From positions 1-55,009 of IMG/VR virus record IMGVR_UViG_3300050010_000073: 55,009 bases of DNA; one strand, 5' to 3'. Positions 46,326 to 55,009 of this stretch are shown here, piece after piece. The notes under the pieces are model-generated. The model was not told the DNA's origin. It saw only the letters and a list, made by a program, of their open reading frames with translations, and did not search any database. The position numbers and the translations under genes were made by a program. The DNA is from a virus (Duplodnaviria; Caudoviricetes). Within the stretch, counting starts at the first letter, position 1, and every line of letters starts with the position of its first letter.

Positions 46326-47471
46326 ATGAACTCTTTAATGCGTAACACAACTTGCTATCATATAGCAGGCACAAAGTTCTTAAGATTAGCCTCCAGGAAA
46401 GTGCAAGGTTTTGGGTCGAATCTACAGAATGTCCCAGATGACATGAGATCTATCTATGTCTCAGATGGCTATAGACAAGAGCTTCGGCCCAAATATGTTC
46501 AGTGGCTCAATAGCGGATATGATAATAGCATCTTCACAGATGAAGAAAAGACTTTCGTTCGTCCCCTACTACAGGATGATCAAGCTGGAGCAGAAGCATG
46601 GATAGTTAGTCAGCTCTTGAAGCCCGGCAATAATCTGGATAAGCTCTTCAAGAATAAGATAAAGCCCCACACCTATCTGGGAATATTCTTTCCTCAAGTG
46701 TGGATAGATCAAGGCTTTCCACGGGTAGATACTATAAGGATGTTACCTATAGAGAAGGTCAAAACCGACCCTGGTTGGTCTGCTCTTGCAGAAGCTATCA
46801 ATGCCTCTGATGGTAATGTTCCACCTAAGCCTCGCTACTACTATGTCTATAAACAGACCTGTCACTCTGGTAATTATGGTATCAAAGAGAATACTTTTAT
46901 TCTTAATGTTCTGGAAAAGTCAGGCGGTAAAATCGTACTATCTAAAGAGGAAGGCAAGGTATTTCTGGATGCTTATCATTTCATGGTCAATGGCTTACAA
47001 GAATGGTGGAGGGAATTAGAAGATCAAGTCAGATCTAATGGAGGTATAGTTTGGAACTGTCTAGGCTATCCTCTACACTTCACACAAGAGATAAAAGAAG
47101 GAGATTTGAAAGATGTTTATTCCGCTTGCCCTCAGTCTACTGTGGGTTGTATTACTCATCTTGCTTATACTGAGCTTCAACACTACATCGAGCAAAGTAA
47201 TTCAAGTTGGGATATACTTAATAATAATCATGATTCTTTTCTTACTCAGGGCTTACTACATGATTGGAAGTTAAGGGCAGCCAAGATGCGGGAGTTCATG
47301 GAAGCTCCCAAACTAGCCACCAAATATGTAGATGAATTCCATATGAGGAGTGAAGTACAAGTAGGATTTAATTGGGGTAAAGCCCATAAGTGTCCTAAAG
47401 ATGCTGATCCCCTTGATCCTGCTATAATTAACCAATATAATCTTGATGGTCTAAGAGAGGTAAAACTCTAA
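46326..47471 (+). CDS. polA: DNA polymerase A, C-terminal catalytic part
   Basis: RLASR..NLQN; motif A DQAGAE, motif B KQTCHSGNYG, motif C NHDS. Confidence 0.9.
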   Translation: MNSLMRNTTCYHIAGTKFLRLASRKVQGFGSNLQNVPDDMRSIYVSDGYRQELRPKYVQWLNSGYDNSIFTDEEKTFVRPLLQDDQAGAEAWIVSQLLKPGNNLDKLFKNKIKPHTYLGIFFPQVWIDQGFPRVDTIRMLPIEKVKTDPGWSALAEAINASDGNVPPKPRYYYVYKQTCHSGNYGIKENTFILNVLEKSGGKIVLSKEEGKVFLDAYHFMVNGLQEWWRELEDQVRSNGGIVWNCLGYPLHFTQEIKEGDLKDVYSACPQSTVGCITHLAYTELQHYIEQSNSSWDILNNNHDSFLTQGLLHDWKLRAAKMREFMEAPKLATKYVDEFHMRSEVQVGFNWGKAHKCPKDADPLDPAIINQYNLDGLREVKL

Positions 47472-47472
47472 C

Positions 47473-48927
47473 ATGGATGAAAAGCCAACAACAGTATTGT
47501 CCAACTATGATCGTTGGATGCTCCTTAATAAGGACTGTACCGCACCCTTGTCTTTTATAGATTGGAGCTTCTACTATCTTATAGCAGCTGCCTTACAGAG
47601 GCGCACGTGGATGGGAGACGAAGATCACAGACCCCTCTACTCCAATATCTATACTACTCTGGTTGGCCCTCCAGCTAGTGGTAAAGGTGTAGCCATAGCC
47701 CCAGTCAATAAACTGTTAAGATGGCATAAATTAGCTAAGGCCGGCAATAGCAGGAATGGAGAGATAACTCCAGAGTCCATGCACAAGGAGAGTGAAGTAG
47801 AATCTCTACTAGCTTCTCATCCTGATCTGGCTCAGAAGTTCATGAAGGATAGGAAAGAGATACACGAAGAACACCTACTTATTCCTTTGGGCGCTAATGC
47901 TACTACTTTTGAATCCCTAGCAGAAACAATAGCGGCGTCTGTCCGCCGTATCAACTACATGCGTTATGATAAAACCCTTTCTAAAGAAATACGAGAAACT
48001 TACTGTCATTGTAGCTTGGCATTTGTACTCACTGAGTTATCGAGCTTATTTAAGAGGCAATCGGAAAACATCGTTAATCTTATTACAGATATGTATGATT
48101 GTGTGCCCTACACTTACAAGACTAAAACCAAGGGTACAGATCATATTGCAAAAGGGTGTCTCAACTTTATGGCTGGAACAACATTGTCTTACATGGAAGA
48201 AGTCTTCTCTGATCGTATTATCAATGAAGGTTATGCTTCTCGAACATTCTTTATTGTTGAAAGTGGCCCAAGATTTTTTAGATGGGAAACAGCCCGCTTC
48301 ACCGAAGAGCAAAATAGGGCAGAACAAGAGCTAGCTGATTACATAAAACGTTTATCTACAGTCTATGGTGAGATGCACTTCTCTCCTGAGGCTGATACCT
48401 TCTTAAAGCATTGGTGGGAACAGGACATGAAGGATGGTAAGAGAGCTAATTTAGATCCAAAGCTAGAACCCTATTATGGTAGAAAGAATATACACCAAAG
48501 AAAGATGTGTATGATTCTACATGCCTCCGAGCCTTCTTTCTTCTTGGAGCCAGAAGGCTCTAAGACTAACATGGAAATTCCCCTAGCTACAGCCCAGAAA
48601 GCTCTATACGTATTGGAGACTGTAGAAAAGAAGATGCACTTGGCTCTTACATTTACAGCATCCAACCCATTATTTAAGCCTGCACGTAGGGCGATGGCTA
48701 TAATAGAGAGGGCCGGCGATAGAGGAATAACTTGGAAAGACTTGCAGTATGAGATGTGGGAGTTCTGTGATGTATCTACACAGATGAAGCCCATTATAGA
48801 ACACTTGATGGGCGTAGAGAAGGTAGAGGCTGTAGAGAATCCCAATGAGAATCTGCAGTGTAAAGGACTCCTATATAGGATACCTCAGATAGCTATAGCA
48901 GAAGAAAAAGTAGAAACCCCGGATTAA
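47473..48927 (+). CDS. DUF3987/YfjI-like P-loop helicase-like protein
   Basis: NIYTTLVGPPASGKG, ELSSLF, DMYD, AGTT and GYASR motifs. Confidence 0.7.
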   Translation: MDEKPTTVLSNYDRWMLLNKDCTAPLSFIDWSFYYLIAAALQRRTWMGDEDHRPLYSNIYTTLVGPPASGKGVAIAPVNKLLRWHKLAKAGNSRNGEITPESMHKESEVESLLASHPDLAQKFMKDRKEIHEEHLLIPLGANATTFESLAETIAASVRRINYMRYDKTLSKEIRETYCHCSLAFVLTELSSLFKRQSENIVNLITDMYDCVPYTYKTKTKGTDHIAKGCLNFMAGTTLSYMEEVFSDRIINEGYASRTFFIVESGPRFFRWETARFTEEQNRAEQELADYIKRLSTVYGEMHFSPEADTFLKHWWEQDMKDGKRANLDPKLEPYYGRKNIHQRKMCMILHASEPSFFLEPEGSKTNMEIPLATAQKALYVLETVEKKMHLALTFTASNPLFKPARRAMAIIERAGDRGITWKDLQYEMWEFCDVSTQMKPIIEHLMGVEKVEAVENPNENLQCKGLLYRIPQIAIAEEKVETPD

Positions 48928-51900
48928 GGAATCACCCCAGACTTAGCTTCATTAGCTATCTTATGCTTCATGTAGTCAATAACTCTATCTGTGGCTTCCT
49001 GCTGTCCCTTGGTCATTTTCATATAATTGTAGTATGAAGCAAACTCAGGAGCCTTCTCTTCAGGATCAGGCACAGTCTGGTAGCCGTTCTTCTTTAGAGC
49101 GTCGAGCCTATCAAGCAGCACTTGAGGCTTATCTCCATACTTACCTATTAGATTGTGAACTAGAGGAGGCAACTGTTCAGTTACTGCTTGCTTTAAGTCC
49201 ATGTTTCTGTGAAACTGTTGAGCACCCAAAGTGGTATAAGGGTTGACTGCTCCCATCAAAGATTGATCTTCATAAGGCAAGCCAGAAGACATTTGAAACC
49301 TTCTTAAGTCCTGCTCCTTCTGGGTCTGCTGGTGTCTAGCATAGTCTTGGGGCATTATCTCTCCACCACTAGCTTTTTCTAAGTTGACTAGACCAACTCT
49401 AGCAATTTGAACATTCTGTTTAGTCCAATCAAGTAAAGCTTTTTGAGTTAGAGGAAGCACTCTGTCCCACCAGTTATCTCCTATGTCTCCATTCTTGAGG
49501 GCTGAAAGAAGATTACCTATATGTTCCATTGTGCTGGTAGCTACTTCATCCAGGGGAAATATAGTTCCCATTCCAGCAAATTTATTCTTATGCATCACAT
49601 CATCAAGACCTTTAAGTGTACTAGTCATTACACCACCAAAGCCAGCCAAAGAATTAAGCTCTAAAGCTGAGTAAGCAATACTGTCTGCGTTCTCTCCATA
49701 AGTTCTTCCATACAATCCCTTCTCTTTGTTAGCTGCCGAAGCCATAATCTCTGATATGTCAGGGACTGGTGTTTTTGTATCTAACAAACCTTCCTTCATC
49801 TTCTTAATAGCATATCCCCCCAGTGTAGCACCCAGTAAAGAGGTAAGCAAAGGAGCAAAGTTACCCTTAGTAGCAGGAGTCCATGCGTTGCGCATCCAAG
49901 CATTAGTAGAAGAAATGTTCCAGTGAGCCAGATGCAAGAAAGCAGAAATCTCCGTATCCTTAGTCATAAAACCCGGCAAAGTCCTAGGATCTCCAGAGCC
50001 ATGAATAGTGTTAGAAAATCTGCTAGCCATGGCTTTTACCTCATCCGGGCTATAGCTTTTGCCCACTTGATAATCGGGATCATAATAGCGAAGAAACTTA
50101 CCAGCCTCGGCATCACCAGTAGAAGCTCTAGCTATCTTACTAGCTATGATATGTTCTCCAGCTATTTGTAGATTACCAGTAAGCATCCTATCAGTAAAGC
50201 CATTCAAAGTATAAGCCTTATAGGAAAGATCTGATAGGCCTTTCAATCTATCAGCAATACTAGAGTGAGCATCTAGTAGCATTTTTAAATTGTCTCCAGC
50301 CGTCTTAGGTGATACTCGTGTTCCTCCAGCATTAACAGCATCCAAATAGCCCTCATTGAAGTGGGTCAAACCTTTCATTATTACACCTAAAGCTTCAGCA
50401 GGATTAGAGATAGCTAAACTAACTCCTTGTGCTATAGAAGAGATAAGCTTATGAATCTGAGTACCAGGCCCTAGTATAAGTGTAGTAGATATATGCTCAG
50501 CTGCACGAGCATTAGGCCGGCCGAACACTGAAGAGCCTACTTCTCCTCTGTAGTGTTCTGTTATATCCTGTACCTTGCTGTTGCCCATCTGAGAAGGATT
50601 AGCTTGTCTTACATCCTCATCTAGGGGTTTGCCCCATCCATCTTCTTTGTAACCCATACTGGCTGCCATTTCTGGATTGCTTTCTACATGCTTATACCAA
50701 GAGTAATCAGCTCCAAACCTATGACTATAAGATTGTAAAGCTTTGCCTAGATCAGCTTCTCTCATAGAAGGAGGAAGAGATATACCTTCTTGCTTTCTTA
50801 TACCATTAAAATAGCTATCGTTGCCTCCAGCTTTCCTGTTGGCTAAATCACCACGTATAGAAGATGTTAGATCATCCCATCTGTCTTGAGCTTGCTTCTC
50901 TGTAGCTCCATTAGCTTGCTGATGTTCCATCCAATCCTGATGCCACTGCTCTATCTTAGAGCTATCGGCCGGGCTATTGATTCTAAGAGTATCAGCTTGC
51001 TCTTTACCTAGTAGAGAGGGGAAGAAGTTCTCATCCTGTTTGAATTGACGCTTATTACCATTAGAGGTTATTACAGGTTGATCTGTTCCTTCCGGGCCAC
51101 GTTCTTCGCCCATTTTACCTAGCAAGTTACGTATCTGTGTATAGGCTTGTTGCTCTTTAGTAGTCCTTAAAGAAGAGGTCATATCTTGCTGCTGATCTCT
51201 GGTAGCTTCTAGGGCTTGACGAACATTAGTACGTTGGGTCGGCGATAGCTCTTTAACCAGCCCAGAGAATTGATTTTCGTATTTACCTGTCATAGCCTGC
51301 TGCTCATTATAGAGCTTAGTGAATTGATCGGCTATATGTCCTCCCTGTTCTCCTGGAATAGAACGTCTTAGACTATCAATGGAAGCTGCAGTAGGTAGGA
51401 ATAGCCGACCTTCAACACCAGAGCCAGAAACTTTATCTTTCTGCTCTCTCAAAGGCTCCTGTTCTCCAGACTGATAGCGTATATCTGGATTTGAAGAATC
51501 AAAAGTTCCTCTGTTACCAATAGCTGACTTAATTTGTTCTGGATGAAAAACAACATAAGCATCCTTACTACCTGGAGCATTAAAACCTGTTCTCCAGTTA
51601 GTTTTATATTTTATACCATCATATCCCATTTTTTCAAGTGCTTCTGAAAAATCCATTCCAAGAGAATTTTTTAATCTTACACCATTTACATTATCTAGTG
51701 CCCAAACTCGTTCATTGCCCTCCCAACGAGGACTAAACTTTAGTGGTGCAAGATTTCTTATAGCAGTTTTATATACCAAATTATCACCAATCATGGTCTG
51801 ATTACCAAAATCTGCTCCTGTGACTTTATTTAACTTCGATACAAAATTTTGTAAATCATCTGATTTTATTGTATCTGTCTCGAATGGACGTTCAATTTTT

Positions 51901-54900
51901 ACATGTAAAGGTAAAACACCACCTTTAATAGCAATAGACTCTTTTGCATATGTTGAAGCAAGTTTTGGATTAGGTGTTACATATACACCCTTACCAAATA
52001 AATTTCCTCCATGATTCCCTCTAGCTATATCAAAACTTTTTATGTCAGGTGTTGGTGTCCCATGATAAACCGTTAAAGGCTCTCCATGTTCATCTACAAC
52101 TTTAGAGTTGCCAAACCACTTCTTGAACTCTGGAGTATCAGTTTGTTTCTTAAGAGGCTCCTGTCCTTCATCTTGTTGTCTACCGGGTCTAGCTGCTTTC
52201 CATGTTTCGTATGCACTAGTAACAGCCCGGCGGAAAGGTAGGCGTTCATTGTTCTTGAGCTGTCCTGACTTAACTAGATCATGTATAGTATCACTAGCCA
52301 AGGGTTCATCTCCTTTAGCTATTGCCCTGGCTCCATGCATACCCAATATTTCTTGTTGTGAATGACTCTCATCAGGAAATAGAGCTTTGCCTATTACTCT
52401 AGCATGTGCTTTCATGTCAGTAACAGTCTTATCTTCTGGAGCTTCATAAGAATCTTTATCAGCATACTTATATTGCTCTGGGCCAGTATAAATGGGCTTC
52501 TGCCCAGCTTCTTGTGTTCTTGGAGTTTGTTTAGGCAAGAAACTATCATCAGGAAGTTCCCAAGGTTTAAGATTTGAATCTTTTGGATGAACACTATAGT
52601 GATGTTCAAAGCCTCTTTCATCCTTTTGATTAGGTCCACCAACACGTTTTAATCCCAATTTATCCATTGCTTCAGCAACGCTAGATGAACTTTTAATAGC
52701 ATTTACTACATCTGGATGCTGATCTTGTAAGTTTCTAGCTGTAACATAAAGAGTTTGATCTTGAGGAAATCCTTCATCTATATTACTATTTGCCAAATTC
52801 ATTATAGAACGTACTCTTTCATTAATAGGAGGTTTAGTGTAGATCTTATTCCTTTCACTCAGTACTTCTCTTTCATTTACTAATTCTTGATCTATGGGTA
52901 TTCCTTGTCTGATCTGCTCATGCAAAGCAGTATTAATCTGATCAATACGTCTTTTATCTTCTTCAGGATTATGTAGAGGCTTCTGCCCAGCTTCCTGATT
53001 ACGGGCGGCACTCTTAGGATTAAGTTGATCATCATAATTATCCAATGAAACACCATGATCTATTAGTCTTTTTCTAGCACCACCCTCTTCAGCTAAAGCT
53101 TCCATATATTCTGGAGAGTCTTGTCCATATCTCTCCTTAGCTTCTTGTCTAAGTCTAAAAGCTGCATTAGATTCTTCTAAGAGTTTTTTGTACTTTAACT
53201 CCTGTTCTTTATATCCTTCATCCAACTGTCTAACACCAGTAGGTTGTCCTCCCAAACTCCCCTGTCCTGCTTCTTGATTTCGAGGAGCATACTTATCCCT
53301 TTCAGCTTCTCTAACACCACCAACTGCTCCAACTCCGTGTGGCTTCAAGTGAGTTTCATAGAAGGGAGCATCCTTAAAGAAACGATTGTGCAGTAAGCGG
53401 TAAGCATCTTCGGTAGTAGCATTACCCCAGCGTAGTTTGGCAGCCGATAACATCTGCTTATAGATGTCCTTAAAACCATTTATGCTCTCACCAGCATGTT
53501 GCTTAAAATACTGACCAGCATGTTCAGCCAAGAACTCTTCATGCACTCCCCTTTCAGCTCCATTACGTCCAGTCTTAGAAGATGGTAAGCCCATCTTAGT
53601 AGGGTCGGCAATAGCCTGTTCAGGAGTAACTCCTTCTATCTTCTTTCTAGCTAGCTCTTGTGCTGTCCACTTAACAAGGTCAGGAGACTTATCTACAGTA
53701 TCAAGCATGTGTTGAGCAGCTTCTCTATCTTGTAGGTGGGGAGAATTAAGTAGATCATGGAAGAAGATATGGCCGCCCGGTTCATGGAAGAAGGTATCCA
53801 GTTGCTTGTAGGTCATCTTAGCTACAGCCTCTTTGACACCATCCCGTAGGTAGGAGATACCATTGATAGGCACACCCTCTGAGTTGACTAGCTTACCAGT
53901 AGTAGGTTCAATGCTTATGTTTCTTTGTAGTCCAGCAGCTTTAAATAGACGAGTAGCCCAATCAGCCCACAGAGGAACTACCTTGCCCTCTGGGTCTTTA
54001 GTGGTAGCTCCAGCAGCTTTAGCAGCAGCGGCTTTCTCTTTACTCTCAGGAACAGGAGTAATAGAAGCAGGCTGTTCTCTGGGAGTTTGAGAAGGTTCTG
54101 TCCCAGGAACGTAGCCATTATTTCTATTCTTAATGGTCTCCATCTGTCCTAGTATATCATTATAGTCCTTCTCGAAGTTGGGATGATTAAGATCAAGTCC
54201 AGACATTCTAGCTTGGAGCTTCTTAAATTCCTGACTATCATCACTCTCTAAAGGCTTTTGCCCAGCCTCTTGACCTAAAGCAGGTGGAGGGGTAGATTGA
54301 TCTCTAAAACGTTTCAATTCAGCTATACGAGCTTGATCTTCTGCACTAGGTGGTGGCTCAGGAGGATTAAGCTCTTCTGTAGTAGCAGGCATTTCTCGGC
54401 GAGGAGGATATAATTGTCTCTCTGGCCCTATTTCACCTTCATGTCCAGTAGGTGGAGTCCAAGGCTTAGGAGGTAATCCACCCTGTCCTGCCTTATCCTC
54501 TGTGCCAAACATGTGTTCATCTGCCATCCTTCTTAGTGTAGCTTCATCCAATCCAACAGTCTGTTTAGCTTCTCCGGGTTCTTCGGGAGTATAAGTTTGT
54601 TTTAATAAGCCAGGAGCTTTCTCTTTCAGGTAGTTATCTAACTCATCTTTGGATCTTACATACTCTACTTCTCCTTCTGTCTTGCTAGGTCTGGTAGCAG
54701 TGAAAGGAATAAGAGGAGCTTGATCGCTATCAGCTATATCAAACTCTTCTCTTGCTTTAGCTTGAGCAGCAGCTTCTTTAGGAGATAGAGCTGTGGTTTG
54801 AGGCTGATTAGCTTTTATGGTAGCTTGATTGCCTTCAGTCTTTTGGCTGACCATTTGTTCTAATTGGTTACCTACTCTATTGGCTACAGGGAATCCTAGT

Positions 54901-55009
54901 TTTTCTCCTATCCTATTAACATCACTAAATATACCACCCATAGCAGCTTGCTTGGCAATTTCACCAACTAACTGTTTAGTATCAAAAGGTTGATTAGATT
55001 GTTGCTGTT
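48924..55009 (-). CDS. Giant polyvalent virion protein (zincin-like peptidase, ADP-ribosyltransferase-like domain, large C-terminal domain); true start at 860 across the junction
   Basis: FFHEPGGH...EEFLAE (~53500-53790); FKKWFGNSKVVD..GEPL.VYHGT...GVY...GYDGI...VVF.PEQIKSAIGN.GTFD..NPDIRY (~51480-52145). Confidence 0.85.
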   Translation of the reverse strand, partial: QQQSNQPFDTKQLVGEIAKQAAMGGIFSDVNRIGEKLGFPVANRVGNQLEQMVSQKTEGNQATIKANQPQTTALSPKEAAAQAKAREEFDIADSDQAPLIPFTATRPSKTEGEVEYVRSKDELDNYLKEKAPGLLKQTYTPEEPGEAKQTVGLDEATLRRMADEHMFGTEDKAGQGGLPPKPWTPPTGHEGEIGPERQLYPPRREMPATTEELNPPEPPPSAEDQARIAELKRFRDQSTPPPALGQEAGQKPLESDDSQEFKKLQARMSGLDLNHPNFEKDYNDILGQMETIKNRNNGYVPGTEPSQTPREQPASITPVPESKEKAAAAKAAGATTKDPEGKVVPLWADWATRLFKAAGLQRNISIEPTTGKLVNSEGVPINGISYLRDGVKEAVAKMTYKQLDTFFHEPGGHIFFHDLLNSPHLQDREAAQHMLDTVDKSPDLVKWTAQELARKKIEGVTPEQAIADPTKMGLPSSKTGRNGAERGVHEEFLAEHAGQYFKQHAGESINGFKDIYKQMLSAAKLRWGNATTEDAYRLLHNRFFKDAPFYETHLKPHGVGAVGGVREAERDKYAPRNQEAGQGSLGGQPTGVRQLDEGYKEQELKYKKLLEESNAAFRLRQEAKERYGQDSPEYMEALAEEGGARKRLIDHGVSLDNYDDQLNPKSAARNQEAGQKPLHNPEEDKRRIDQINTALHEQIRQGIPIDQELVNEREVLSERNKIYTKPPINERVRSIMNLANSNIDEGFPQDQTLYVTARNLQDQHPDVVNAIKSSSSVAEAMDKLGLKRVGGPNQKDERGFEHHYSVHPKDSNLKPWELPDDSFLPKQTPRTQEAGQKPIYTGPEQYKYADKDSYEAPEDKTVTDMKAHARVIGKALFPDESHSQQEILGMHGARAIAKGDEPLASDTIHDLVKSGQLKNNERLPFRRAVTSAYETWKAARPGRQQDEGQEPLKKQTDTPEFKKWFGNSKVVDEHGEPLTVYHGTPTPDIKSFDIARGNHGGNLFGKGVYVTPNPKLASTYAKESIAIKGGVLPLHVKIERPFETDTIKSDDLQNFVSKLNKVTGADFGNQTMIGDNLVYKTAIRNLAPLKFSPRWEGNERVWALDNVNGVRLKNSLGMDFSEALEKMGYDGIKYKTNWRTGFNAPGSKDAYVVFHPEQIKSAIGNRGTFDSSNPDIRYQSGEQEPLREQKDKVSGSGVEGRLFLPTAASIDSLRRSIPGEQGGHIADQFTKLYNEQQAMTGKYENQFSGLVKELSPTQRTNVRQALEATRDQQQDMTSSLRTTKEQQAYTQIRNLLGKMGEERGPEGTDQPVITSNGNKRQFKQDENFFPSLLGKEQADTLRINSPADSSKIEQWHQDWMEHQQANGATEKQAQDRWDDLTSSIRGDLANRKAGGNDSYFNGIRKQEGISLPPSMREADLGKALQSYSHRFGADYSWYKHVESNPEMAASMGYKEDGWGKPLDEDVRQANPSQMGNSKVQDITEHYRGEVGSSVFGRPNARAAEHISTTLILGPGTQIHKLISSIAQGVSLAISNPAEALGVIMKGLTHFNEGYLDAVNAGGTRVSPKTAGDNLKMLLDAHSSIADRLKGLSDLSYKAYTLNGFTDRMLTGNLQIAGEHIIASKIARASTGDAEAGKFLRYYDPDYQVGKSYSPDEVKAMASRFSNTIHGSGDPRTLPGFMTKDTEISAFLHLAHWNISSTNAWMRNAWTPATKGNFAPLLTSLLGATLGGYAIKKMKEGLLDTKTPVPDISEIMASAANKEKGLYGRTYGENADSIAYSALELNSLAGFGGVMTSTLKGLDDVMHKNKFAGMGTIFPLDEVATSTMEHIGNLLSALKNGDIGDNWWDRVLPLTQKALLDWTKQNVQIARVGLVNLEKASGGEIMPQDYARHQQTQKEQDLRRFQMSSGLPYEDQSLMGAVNPYTTLGAQQFHRNMDLKQAVTEQLPPLVHNLIGKYGDKPQVLLDRLDALKKNGYQTVPDPEEKAPEFASYYNYMKMTKGQQEATDRVIDYMKHKIANEAKSGVIP
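54883..55009. repeat. Terminal overlap identical to 1-127
   Basis: Exact match to the start of the window. Confidence 0.95.

Noticed and set aside
1-55009. Stop-codon reassignment suggested by abundant TAG/CTAG words
   Set aside because: Standard-code ORFs tile both arms densely, and TAG is used as a normal stop.

Overview
The window is an apparently complete, circularly assembled podovirus-type dsDNA phage genome of 54,882 bp: bases 1-127 are identical to 54883-55009. It has two divergent arms around a ~1.3 kb non-coding control region near 24.6-25.9 kb. The minus arm carries the terminase subunits, portal, scaffold, major capsid protein, a block of signal-peptide-bearing Thr/Asn-rich proteins, membrane proteins, tail proteins, ejection proteins and a ~2,272-aa polyvalent protein that spans the contig junction. 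The plus arm carries early genes and structured RNAs, then replication genes: SF2 helicase, ligase, Cas4-like nuclease, Sak4-like ATPase, SSB, a split PolA, ThyX and several NTP pyrophosphatases. The most notable system is transcriptional. The phage encodes a minimal sigma54 enhancer-binding protein with no DNA-binding domain, and six sigma54 -24/-12 promoters head its operons on both strands, with IHF-like sites and a phased GTCAA array in the control region. A second striking feature is a tandem series of five long RNA stems (21-34 bp, only G-U deviations, four with a conserved core) that bracket early genes and ncRNA-like cargo. A Verrucomicrobiota-like host is inferred, not shown. All product calls come from motif recognition by eye; no searches were run.
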